Source: Felis catus (Eukaryota). From it: DNA of 64,000 nt. A model generated the notes under the pieces. The model saw only the letters and a program-made list of their open reading frames with translations. It searched no databases and was not told where the DNA came from. Shown here piece after piece: positions 50,701-61,946 of the stretch. The stretch covers positions 2,356,001 to 2,420,000 of the forward strand of contig NC_058383.1 of the NCBI RefSeq assembly GCF_018350175.1, written 5' to 3'. The position numbers were made by a program, and so were the translations under genes. Positions within the stretch are counted from its first letter, which is position 1, and the number at the start of each line of letters is the position of its first letter.

Positions 50701-52426
50701 GACGAACGTCCGAACGTACAAAAGAATCACTCAAGACAACTCATCACATGGTCCGCGTTCCGCTCACCCTAAGGGCCACCGGGCGGAAGGCACGAAGACT
50801 GCTGCTTTTGGTGAAATGCAAACAAACGAGAATAGTTAGAACCCAAAATCCCGCAGCCCGTCTTGAAGAGAGGGCGGGCGCGGCCCTTCCAGGGCTGACG
50901 CGGGTCTAGCGCCAGCTCCGCCACACGTCAGCGTCCTGTGCTCGCAGCTCGCCCTATGATCACATCTCTAGATAAGCCTCAAGAGTAGACCTTCAGCTCC
51001 AGTCACTACCGATGGGGTCCAGGTCCTCGCTCTCAGCTACGTAATAGCAGAGAAGAATCACCTACGGTCAACAAAACACGATCTCGCATCGAGCACGGCT
51101 GTATTACAAATCTCGCGTGACAGAGGACTTCGGGTCAAAACTGCTCCCCTAAAATCGGTTTGGTTAAAATGACCAACCTGTCAACCTGAAAGGGGAGGGT
51201 AAGACCAATCGTCCACATGCTATGAATCCCCAATAAGGGCCAGAGGGGTCTCTGGATGGAAAAAGATGTCTTTGGGTTTTTTGCCCTTATCAAAGCAGTA
51301 ACCATGCGTGTCCAGTGTAAAAGTAAATTTGTGTAAACGCAATCAGCCAACGAGGCAGTAGAACCCGGACTGTTCTCCCAGACCTGGAAGTGCGTTTTCG
51401 CTCCTGTTCTCACGGAAACCCACAGTGGGGTCAAGCACAAACGGATTCTGAACCCAAGAAACAAAGACCCCGCGGGCCAGGAGTTTCCAAGTGCCTAAAA
51501 ATACATAAGAGCAGCAGAGGCTCCCTCAACGTCCTACTGGCCTTTGCAAAAGATAATGCCACAGCCAACGATCCTAAAAAAGATTTTAATTTACAAAAAT
51601 TTAACGTAATCTTCGATATTCTACCACAAAATGTCTTACCCTGCAGCCCACAGAGCATCCAGAGGCCCCCTTCGAGGCTCAGGACGGTGAGGGACCCCTT
51701 GAAGGGACTACATGTGCGCATATGAATTTTCTAGAGAGAAACTCTGGGGTTTTCACATAAAGAACATCGTGACCAAGGTCTCTGGCAAGCCACTGCGTTA
51801 CGTATGACCAGCTCCCTGCGCTAGAAAGTTCCGTCCAGCTCCTACTCTCCTTCTTAACACTCCAAATCACGAGAATTCTCTGTCCTAACTGGCAGACATG
51901 TGCTGCATGGAGATGGGCTCATCTGTATGTCCCTCTCCACCTGCTCAGACTCCAGGGCGCCCTCAGAGACCAGCTCAAATCACTCTTCTTCCAGAGGCTT
52001 TTCCAGACGCCTCAGCCAGAATCCACCTTTCCCACTCTCACTGAGCCACCTGCCGACTTTACACTGGCATTCAACGTGGCGTACATTCAGACTCGATGTT
52101 AAAGGGTGCACCTGTCTCCCCAGCTGGTCGGAGCACCTGAAGGGTAGAGACTAGGCCGGATTCATCATAACTGACCCTTTCCCCACCGGCACCGAGCACA
52201 CCAACGTGGGTGTATGGTCAAAAAGTGTGTGTGGAATGTTTGTTTCAATGACCACCAGTTCTAACAATCTCATTCTTCACAAGGTTTCTAAATCAGCCAC
52301 ACAACGACACTCTAGGAAGGCCCACCTCTGGGTGGTTAGATGCTACTCACGCAATTGTGTGAGTATTGGGATTTCTAGTTCACAAAACAAAGGCTAATGT
52401 ATGTCAAATGGCTTACGTTGTATTCA

Positions 52427-52609
52427 CTTTTTTTTTTAAGTTTATTAACTTATTTTGAGGGGGGCAGGGAGGGGTACAGAGAACCCCAAGCAGGCTCTGC
52501 ACTGACAGCACAGGGCCCAAGGACACAGGGCTCGAACTAGCAAACCATGAGACCATGACCTGAGCAGAAATCAAGAGTCAGATATTTAACTGCGCCACCT
52601 GGGTGCCCC
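52427..52609 (-). mobile_element. Older Can-SINE
   Basis: Poly-T ... gaaatcaagagtcagatatttaac ... gggtgcccc; TSD-like gttgtatt. Confidence 0.85.
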
Positions 52610-53699
52610 ATGTTGTATTAACTTCTAACTCGATGTGGGATTCAGTCGTCACAAGTAGCTCCTGAAAGCACAGATGAGGGGGGGTAGAGCCACTGGGAGA
52701 GAAGGCCAAGCTGGTCTGAAGCCTTCTCCACAAAGGCCCAGGCACCTGCCGTCACCAGAGGGGTTACTGACGAAGTTCTGAGGCAGCACATACACAAACT
52801 TTAGGGACAGCCCGCCCAGGAAGTGAGACACTACCAGGTTTAAGATTACAAAGATAAAAACAATGAATACGAAGTCTCACCGGGAATATCTACAGGAAGT
52901 CAAAGCAACTAACAGATTCACATAATACACTGCAGAGGGTAGTGTGAGGGGACGAAGTTAAGGAAATGAGAGGCTCACATGCAGGCACAACTGTGATCAT
53001 GGAGGAGGAGGCCTGGACCTGGAGTCAAAAGACCAGGATGACAGAAACTTCTGGTTCCACAGATGCAGTAGCCCCATTCCTCCCGGGTCCCCTCCTTACA
53101 ACGAAAGACACTCAGGACGGAACACAGCGAGCACACGCAGGAAAGCCGGCGGAGACAAGGCGGCAGGCGGCCCGGGACTTCGGGCCCGAGGAGCCACTTG
53201 GCAGGGAGCTCGCCAGGTGTCCTTGCCGCCTATCTGTCTGGGACAGGGTGCTGCACAGCCTCCGAGCTCGAGCAGCCAAATGGCACAGATGGAAACAGCT
53301 CCCAGAAAAGCTGTTCCTCCCAGCAGAAGGCCTGGGAAAAGGGTGGTCTCACAACAGAAAATCCGCATCTGTCACCCCCTGGGTTTCAGCAGGCTCATCT
53401 CCCGCTTCCCTTCGGGGCCCTGCACAACCAGGGAGCAGCTTCCAAGCGGCCAAGCAAGATCTCCTCTCCTGTCCCCTGCCTAGAGATGCAGGACGTGCTC
53501 AACTCCCCGACCAGGGCGGCGTCAGTGGGGCGCTGAGCCTCTACCCCGACCCAGGCACAGGCGGGCAGGAAAAGGAGGGAGGCTGGGCGGGTCACCACTC
53601 CGCTGCTCCTAATACTCCCTGGTATCAGCCAGGCCAGGAGTAGCTGATGTCACATCCCACTCAACAAGGCAACAGAGGCTCAGGGACCCGGAGGTCAGC

Positions 53700-56600
53700 A
53701 GTTAAGAGCCAAGTGACACTCCTATCACCAGAGTCTCAGAAGGAAGGGACAAAGAGTGGGGCCGAAAAAGTATTTTTAGAAATAATGGCTGGAAACCTCC
53801 CAAGTTTGGCGAAAGACACAAACGCACAGATTCAGGAAGCCGAGCAAACCCTAAATATAATAAGTCGAAAGAACCTATGTCAAGACAAATCATAGTTCAA
53901 CTCTGGAAACTGAGACAAATGAGCAATCTTAAAAGCAACCGGAGAGATAGGACACCTTTACTTAGAGCAATTCGAGGGACAGCAGATTTCTCATCCGCAC
54001 CAGGGGAGGCCAGAAGAATAAGGCACCTTTTTCAAGTACTAAAAGAATGTGTCAACTGTGAATTCCATAGCTGGCACCGAGATCTCAAGGACGAAGGGGA
54101 AGTAGAGACATTCTCGGACGCAGGAGACCTGAATTTGTTGTCCACTAGCCCGCCCTTAAGAATGGCTAAAGGAAGTCTTCCAAACACAAAGCTCACAACT
54201 GCAGGAAGAAAAGACCATCAGAGTAGGTAAAAATAGGGGTGAATCTAACAAACCATCCCACTTTTCACAAGTTTCTTAAATCTCATTTGATGACTGACAG
54301 AAAGCCCTGTGATGTGGTGCTCCGAGTATAACAAGACTTAAAACGTTGATATTTAAAAAGTGAGGAGGGTAAAAGGATCTAGAGTAAAGGTCCCACACTT
54401 CACTGACGGTTGTAAAACACAAATGCCGGCACCCTAAGCCACGCACGTACACGGTAAGCCCAAGCAACCAACAAGAAAGTAAACAAAGCTTTAATTGATA
54501 TATAATCACCAAATGATCAAGATGGAATCCTAAAACATGTTTAACCCACAGGAAAATAAAAAACAGAAGAAACAAACAAAAAATTAACAAAATGGGAGGC
54601 TTATGCCTTAACAGATTAATCACTTTACCTTAAATGTAAATGGCCGAAATACACAAATTAACAAAGATGGACAGAGTGAAGAAAATAGGACATAACAATA
54701 TTCTGTCTACAAGATACTCACTTCGAAACAACAATGTGGGTAGGTCAAAGGGATGGAAAAAATACAGCAGGAAAGCATTCATTAAAAAAAAAAAAAAGAG
54801 TCGCTATATTAAGATATCTGATAAGGTAGGGCAGAGGAGATTACTAGAGACAAAGAGGGAGATTACATAATGACAAAAGGATCAATCCACCAGGAAGTCC
54901 TAATAATCCTAAATGTTTATACACCACACAACAGTCTCAAAATGCATGAAGCAAAAACTGAGAGCTAAAGGAGAAATATCCACAATTTTTTTGGGGAGAC
55001 TTCCACACCTCCCTTTCAGGAACCGACAGAAATAGTGAACAATCAGCAAGGATACAGAACATGACACCCCATCAACAACAGTACCTAACGGACATAAGTA
55101 GAAAACTCCACCCAACAAGAGATATGCATTTTTTTTTCAAGTGTCCATGAACATTCACCAACAAAGGCCCACAGAATATATACCATGATAGACCATATAC
55201 TGGGTCACAAAACAAACCTTAAATATTTCAAAGAATTGAAATCATACCAAGTATGTTCTCTGACCGTAATAAACTCATAGAAATCAATAAAGATAACAGG
55301 AAAAACTCGAAACTCTTGGATTCTACATTTCTAAATAATCTGTGGGTCAAAGAAAGTATCTGAAAAATACACACACGAACATGAACAAAAGTTCAAATAC
55401 AACATATCAAAATATGTGAACACAGCTAAAGCAGTGCTGAGTGGGAAATTTATGGCACATACTAGAAATGAGGAAAGGTCTCAAATAAATATCCAAATCT
55501 CTACCTCAAAAAACAAAGAAAAAAAAAAAAGAGCAAATAAACCCGAAGGAAGTAGAAGGAAATAAGGACAGAAATACAGGATATTGAAAACAGGAAAGCC
55601 ATAAAGAAAAGTTAATGAAATAAAAAGCTGGTTCTTCAGAAAAAAAAAAAAAATCATTAAAAGCGATAAGCCTCTAAGAAGACTGACAAAAATAAAAGAC
55701 AGAAATCACCAACACCAGAAAAGAAACACAAGACAGGCCTCTCACCATTCTCATTCAACAAAATACTGGGAGTTCTAGCCACTGCAGTAAGGCCAAGAAA
55801 AAGAAAGAAAGCAAAGCTATTGGGAAAGAAGAAATAAAGCTGTTCATTTGCAGATAACAGGATGATCCACAGAGAAAATCCCAAGGAATCTATAGGAAAG
55901 CCCTTAGAACTATTGAGTGTATTCGCTAAGCTTATAGGACACAAAATCAAGACACACATATCAATTGCATTGCTGTATAAGAACAAGGAGCATGTGGATG
56001 GAAACTGACAATAAAAGCACTGTATCATTTCCAGTTGCTCTAAGGAAAACAAGATACTTAATATACACTTACAACACATACCAGATCTGTATGCTAATAA
56101 TCGCAAAACGCTAATAAAGAAATCAAAGGCTGAAAGAAAGACATACCATGTTCATGGACTGGAAGACTCAACATAGTCGAGCGGTCAATTCTCCCCCAAA
56201 TGATCTATAGGTTTCATGCAATTGCTATCAAAATCCCAGCAAGATTTTTTTTTTTTATAGACACAGGCGAGCGTATTCTAAGACACATCTAGAAATCCGC
56301 AGGCCCTAGAATACCTAAAACAATCTTCAAAAAGGGAAATGAAGTGGGAGAAACCACTCTATCTGATGCGAAGGTCTTCCGCATAGGTATAGTAATCAAC
56401 AGAACATGATAACGGCAGAAGGAGAGACACACAGATCAGTGGAACGGAAAAGAGAACTCAGAACTAGGTCCACACAAATATGCCCGACTGGTTTCTGACG
56501 AAATTGCAAAAGCAATTCAAAGGAAGGACAGTCTTTTCACCAGATGGTGTTGGAACAATTAAGCATTCAAAGCAAAAAAAACAACAAAAAACAAAAAACT

Positions 56601-57867
56601 TCCATCCAAAACTCACACATATTCATGGGATAATTAACTCAAAATGGATCAGGGACTCAAATGTAGAATGTAAAGCTACCAAACTTTCACGGGAAAAAAA
56701 CGGATTGGGATCTGGAGCTAGGCAAAGAGTTCATAGCTTCGATACCCAAAGTGTTACCTATAAAGGGAAAAACTGATAAGCTTGCTTCATCAGAAAAAGT
56801 TCTGCTCTATGAAAGCCCTTGTTAAGAGGATGAAAAGCAAAGCTACAGATGGGGAGGAAACAGTTGCAAACCATAAAACGTGGCAAACGACCAGTATCTA
56901 GAATGTATAAAAAAACTCTCCAAGCATTGACTAGCAATAAACCACAATAAATAACAAACCATAAAAACAAGCAACCTCTAGAAATAGAAAATAGGTAAAA
57001 AAAAAAAACACCAAGAGGCACCGCACCAAAGAGGATATAGGGGCGGCAAATAAACACAGGAAAAGATGTTCTGCACCATGAGCTATTAGGGAAAGGAAAA
57101 TCAAGACAGCGAGGAGACAGCTCTTGCCCACCTATCAGGATGGCTGACACAGCAAAAGGACACCAGATGCCGGCGAGGATACGGAGAACCCGGGTCACTC
57201 AGACACCGCCGGTGGGAATGTGAAAGGGTACAGGCACTCCAAAAAGTTTGCCGTTTCTTATCACGTTAACCACACCGTTGCCACACGACCGAGCAACTGG
57301 GCTCCTGGGCACTTATCCCAGACACGTGAAGATGTGTGTACGAACGTGTACGTGAATGTGCAGAGCACGTTTCCTCACAACAGTCAGAGAACTGGAACCC
57401 AGAGGCCTTCGACAGGTGAACGGTTACGTGGTGGCCTGTGGTAAATCCACACCGCGGATCCTACCCGGCAAACGGAAGGCGCAAACTATTTCCAACACAC
57501 ACAACTTGGGTGATTCTCCAGGTGGAATGATAAAAAGAGGTCATGTTCTGCATGGCTCCGTTGGTACAATATTCTCGAATGAATAAAACTCGTAGAATTG
57601 GAGAAATGATCAGTTCTTGCCAGGGTCAGGGAGGGGCGGGAGGGAGCGGCCAGGAAAGGCGACCTAAGGGACCCTTGACGGTGACGGGAATATTCTGTAT
57701 CTCGACTTGCGTGGCGTCGGTATCCTGGTCGTGACGCTGCATCACATTTTGCAAGATGTTATCACAGAAGGTAACAGGATAGAGGGTACGTGGGCTCTCC
57801 ATATTATTTCTTACAACAGGATGGGACTCCACAATTACCCCCAAAATTACAGTTAAAAAAATAAAAA
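53700..57867 (+). mobile_element. Large decayed L1 (L1MC/MD-class): ORF1 end, ORF2 with an internal deletion near 55730, and 3' UTR
   Basis: ORF1-like gaaataatggctggaaacctcccaagtttggcgaaagac; EN-like atcctaaatgtttatacacc; RT-like ctctcaccattctcattcaacaaaatactgg; 3' end ttttgcaagatgttatc...tattatttcttacaac. Antisense to GNA12; many stops. Confidence 0.88.
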
Positions 57868-57874
57868 TTTGTTC

Positions 57875-58040
57875 GAGCTCTGCCACCTGCTACGTAGGTA
57901 GCTGACCTTGAACAGACTTTGAACTCCCTATCCTCAGTGTTCTCACGGCTAAATGGGACAATACCTCCCGAAACCTGAGAAAAACTAAATGTCACTTATG
58001 AAGGATGTGGCAACGCGCACGGCACACAGTACTTCAACAA
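57875..58040. mobile_element. MIR fragment
   Basis: gctctgccacctgctacg...gaccttgaacag...cctcagtgttctcacggctaaatgggacaat. Confidence 0.6.
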
Positions 58041-60158
58041 CAGCCTGTGAACGCTGAATCTATGCGTAGACACAAAAAGTATTCTAAATCGTACCATTCA
58101 AATGCCCACCACTGCAGCCGCTGCAGAGCAATTGATTTGAAAGGTCTCCTCCCAAAGTGATCAGGCAAAACATGGCGTGGAGTGGGGGGCAGGGGGAAGA
58201 ATTTATGGTTTTAAACTGAAAAAAGAATTCCTAACTAGCCACTGAACTAGTCACAAAGTGAGTTTAAAATGGAGTTGCGGTGAGTTAAAAGCTGGGAAGG
58301 AAAAGAAGAGACCGGCTAACAAACCCAATATTTCTGTTGATAAGGAAGTCAGTGGAGGTTAACGTTTGCGTGCACTGGGAGAAGGTTAGGAATGAGTTCC
58401 CTAAAACGCACTCAACACAGTCATTTAAGGCTCTACGTTGCTCAGCATTTTCTCTACCTCCCGAGTTAAAAGCGCGAGAAAGTCAGTCAAATCCTTGTGC
58501 TTCTTTCTACACCTGCCTGGCGTGGAGGTTCGGAAAAGCAGCCGAAACGCAATCTGGCTCTGAGATAGAGGAAGACAATGAAACGCACTTTACCCCAGAA
58601 GATGAGGGGAATTTTAAACACGCAGTGTATCCCCGGGAATCACACTGGGCTCCTGGCCTTTAACGTCGGTGAAGACTGCCCAGAGCAGACCCACAGAGGC
58701 TTTTGAAAGAGGTGAAAAGGAAGGAGTGTTTTGTCATTCAAATGATTCTCTTCCCGTCATTCCCCTCAAGATCCTAAAAGAGCTTCTTCTACTAAAATGA
58801 GAGATTTTCGTAACAAATACAGAAAGCGGGGATACCAGGCCGAGCCTGGAGGCTTAGACGCAGGGTTTCGGCTTCCAGGGGGTGGACTCACTCACCCCCG
58901 GGGCCCGGAACTTCTTCCTCGTGGGTGAAGCGAGAGGCACCGGATGGGTTTCTACAGCCCTCCGCTACATTTAAAGTCCCTGGGGGCACCGTAAACTCTG
59001 TCTCCAGACAGCCGTCTGGTATGACAAACTCTCCTCTGCTTGAGACATACCTGCCTTCCCCACAATGAGCCTGGGAAGGAGTAGGTGAGAGGGCAGTGAG
59101 AGGGGGTAGCGACACGGTAAAAACAAGCACATAAAAAAATCATAAACCGCCCAAATGACTCTAAGGGCAGGAGAGAATCCACGTTGCGCTGCTCCCGGCC
59201 CGTTTTCTCCAGACTTCCTTTCCGGGGAGCCCTTCAGCACAGACTCCCAGCAGAGAGAGACCAGAATCCAGACTCGGTCAACTCCACAGCTTTTTTATTG
59301 TTTTGTTTTGTTTTGTTTTCCCCCAAACCGCCAAGAATAAGACGAGCAGGGGAATAGGAGAGCCAGTCGATTGTGCACACCACGCAGGAGATCCACTAAA
59401 GGGTGCAGAGCAAGGAATTCACTTGTACCGTCACGCGAACACACACAACGGCGACGGGGCAACGCGGGGGGCTGTGAGCACAGGCTGGGGTTATCCGAGG
59501 GTGTCACGCAAGCAGTTACCGATTCGTGGCTTCGGTAAGCGGACCGCGGTGGTTTCTAAAGCGAGGCCTTCTCTTTGAGCGACAAACGCTAAGCCCCTTC
59601 CTAACGAAGTTCTCCGCGGTCTGGGGTTGACTTCCAGCCCCGGGGCAGGCGTGTGGGTGACCCGAGCGCTGAGGCTGGGGGAGGGGGCGTGGGTACGCGC
59701 ACTTCGCTCTACTCCCTGCACGTTGTGCAGGCGGCAAGTTCTCAGTTCCCAAGCGGAGCCGTGCGGCCGGCCTCCTCTCCGGTCTACACCGCTCTCCGGC
59801 ACTTGCGGGGAGGGCAGGGCGAGGACGGCTCCCTGACCCCGGGAGGCCGGCTGTGGGAAGCGCGCAGAAGCCGTCCTGTAAGGGCGCGTCCCCGGCGCGG
59901 CGTCCAGGAGGGGCCCGCCCACCGTCCCCATCCCCCGAAGTTGGCCAGCTTTTCCGCGTCTCGGCCCCCGGCCCCCACACCCCCCCCCCCACCAGACGGG
60001 CAGGGGCGCAGGCCATTATCGCGCTGCGGCGCCGAAGGGGTGAGCATCCCCGGCCGGACACCCTCCCCCCCAAAGCCGGGGTCAAGCGGCCCGCACCTGG
60101 CCGCACCTGCGCGCACCTGGGCGCAGGTGCGCGGGCGGGGACGCCGAGGCGCGCGCAC

Positions 60159-60470
60159 CTTGAGGATGTTGTCGAAGATGGTGTCGCGGAACTCGAGCAG
60201 CGCCTTCTGGTCGAACTCGCGGCCGTGGATGATGCGCATCTGCTTGAGGAAGGTGGACTTGCCGCTCTCGCCCGCGCCCAGCAGCAGGATCTTGACGAGG
60301 CGCCGCACGGCGCGCCGCTCGCGGGCCAGCCCCGCGTCGATGTCCCGGCTGCGCCGCCGCGCCTCGCGCTCCGCGTCGCGGGCCCCGCTGCCGCCCGCCC
60401 TGCGCTCGCGGGCCCCGCCGGCCTCGGCCGGCAGCAGGCAGCGGCTGAGGGTCCGCACCACGCCGGACAT
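60159..60470 (-). CDS. GNA12: G protein subunit alpha-12, coding exon 1 (codons 1-104)
   Basis: Translates [19 protein letters not shown]...[45 protein letters not shown]: the Galpha12 N-terminus with Cys11 and the P-loop [11 protein letters not shown] at 60470-60468 (GCGGCCATG). Phase-0 donor AAG|GTGCGC at 60159/60158. Confidence 0.98.
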
Positions 60471-60476
60471 GGCCGC

Positions 60477-60485
60477 TCAGGCCAT
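60477..60485 (-). promoter_or_regulatory. Minimal upstream ORF ATG-GCC-TGA in the GNA12 5' UTR
   Basis: Minus strand reads GGGGTCC ATG GCC TGA GCGGCC ATG TCC. Confidence 0.7.
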
Positions 60486-60599
60486 GGACCCCGCCGCGGG
60501 CGAGGCGAGCCCCGCGCGGCAGCCGGCCGCTCCCTCAGGCCGCGTCCGTCCGCCGCCGCCGCCGCCCCGAGGCCCGCTCTCGCCCGCCGCTCGGCCCCG

Positions 60600-60985
60600 G
60601 CGGAGGGGCGGGGCGGCGCGGCCGGGGCCCGGCGATTGGGCCGGCCGCCGTCCATCCGGACGAATGCGCCCTCCGATTGGGCCGTGTGGCGCCGGGAGGC
60701 GGCCGTCCCTCTGGCCCTCGGGGCGGGGTCGGCGCCGAAAGAGGCGGGATCTTTGGGGTGGGGGCGCTTCTCATTGGGCATCTGGGATGAGGTTCTTTCT
60801 TTCAGAATGAAAGGGAGGCGGGGCCGCCGGGGAGGAGGGGCGGCCGTCCGCCATGACCAATTATAATTGCTCTGGGGTCACGTCAATCACGGGGAACAGG
60901 CTTGGGATTGGGAGATCGACGAAACGGGGCGGGACCAGAAGTGCCAGGTGTACAGAAAGATTCTCCCTGAGTTCCCAGATTGGGT
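60600..60985 (-). promoter_or_regulatory. GNA12 proximal promoter with multiple CCAAT (NF-Y) boxes, GC boxes and a CRE-like site
   Basis: ATTGG (CCAAT on minus) at 60635, 60676, 60773, 60907 and 60979; CCAAT on plus at 60857; GGGGCGGGG at 60605 and 60720; TGACGTGA on minus at 60878-60885. TSS inferred near 60560-60600, not observed. Confidence 0.75.
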
Positions 60986-61259
60986 CAACCTGTGAGACCA
61001 GGCGTCTCGTTAAGTGGACTTAACGTTGCCCAAAAATGCAGATATAAGAGGTGCAGCTGCTCGTCTTATGTTTGCAGAGAAAGCTGTTCCTAAACCATTT
61101 TCCTTCCAGAAACACGCAGGGGGGGAGGGACGCACACACAGTTTTAAACAAATGCACCCTTTGAGAGTGGCATGGCCTCTGGGCGTCTGTCTTCCGTAAA
61201 AGTTAGCTAATCATCCAAACCAGAAGCCCCCCGAAAAAGTCTTACGTAGCACAGTAATT

Positions 61260-61500
61260 GGGAGTGGGGTCTGCAGTTGCTGGGTCTGAGTTCGAATCTT
61301 TCTTCAATCCCTTACTACTTGCACAGCCTTTTAGGCAGCTCCCCCCCCCCCCAGCCACATACCCCGTTTTTAGCTTCAGTCTCTGCAAAATGGGGCGACG
61401 ATAGCAACCACCTCACGGTTATGAAGATACGAATAGAGAACATTGACTTGAGAAACACTTACCATGCTGCCAAGACCCCAGGAAGTTCTTGCTAAGAGTT
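61260..61500. mobile_element. MIR fragment
   Basis: ctgagttcgaatc...cttcagtctctgcaaaatggggcgacgatag...aaacactta. Confidence 0.55.
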
Positions 61501-61617
61501 AGCTGAACTTATTAGAGATTCTTACCTGTCCCAGGTTGAAGTGTGGTCAGGATCCCTGGAAGGAGTTCAGGTATCTCTTAATCTCCAGGTGGCCGGCCAG
61601 ATTGGGGAACCATTGCC

Positions 61618-61946
61618 CGTTAAAAGATAAACTCGGGCATATTACAATTTTTAAGAATTTGCAGTATTTTAGCAAAAATTGATTCAAATCAGGACGAGCC
61701 AAACCAGAAGCGGTTAACGCTCCCCACAGTGGAGCCAGGGAAAAGACTTATAGAGAAAGTGCCTGGAGGAAAGAAAGGAAATTGATTGGCTGTAGCCTGA
61801 AGGCAAGTTGGCGGTTTGTGACTGGTTGTGTTGACCCTTCCGGTTTTGTAACCTTGAGGCTTCGATTTTGGCTTGCTTTCCTAAGCCACCACCACCGCAT
61901 TAAAGCCACTTCGGTCTCATGGCCTCCTTTTAAAATTAATTTAGCA
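61618..61946. mobile_element. ERV1-class solo LTR upstream of the GNA12 promoter
   Basis: Termini (c/t)gttaaaagataaact ... aattaatttagca (TG...CA-like); internal gattggc and ttatag motifs; family from recalled MER90/MER92-like LTRs. Confidence 0.55.

Larger units (their letters stand above)
16485..60158 (-). other. GNA12: GNA12 intron 1 (43,674 nt, GT-AG, phase 0)
   Basis: Bounded by the exon 1 donor (GT at 60158-60157) and the exon 2 acceptor (AG at 16486-16485). Confidence 0.93.
59430..60935. promoter_or_regulatory. CpG island over the GNA12 promoter, exon 1 and the start of intron 1
   Basis: Very high GC and dense CpG, no SINEs; boundaries estimated by eye. Confidence 0.9.

Noticed and set aside
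53700..57867. Possible active or domesticated L1
   Set aside because: Many stops and frameshifts, an internal ORF2 deletion and no 5' UTR.
59784..60158. Read-through of the exon 1 ORF for 124 more codons
   Set aside because: Galpha similarity stops exactly at the AAG|GT donor; the remainder is GC-rich intron.
60621..60780. ERSE elements (CCAAT-N9-CCACG) among the CCAAT boxes
   Set aside because: None of the three proximal CCAAT boxes checked is followed by CCACG at 9-nt spacing.
59516..60866. Long ORFs of 421, 385 and 337 aa overlapping exon 1
   Set aside because: Stop-poor shadows of a very GC-rich CpG island; low-complexity Arg/Pro/Ala/Gly products; the 421-aa ATG (60781) lies upstream of the probable TSS.
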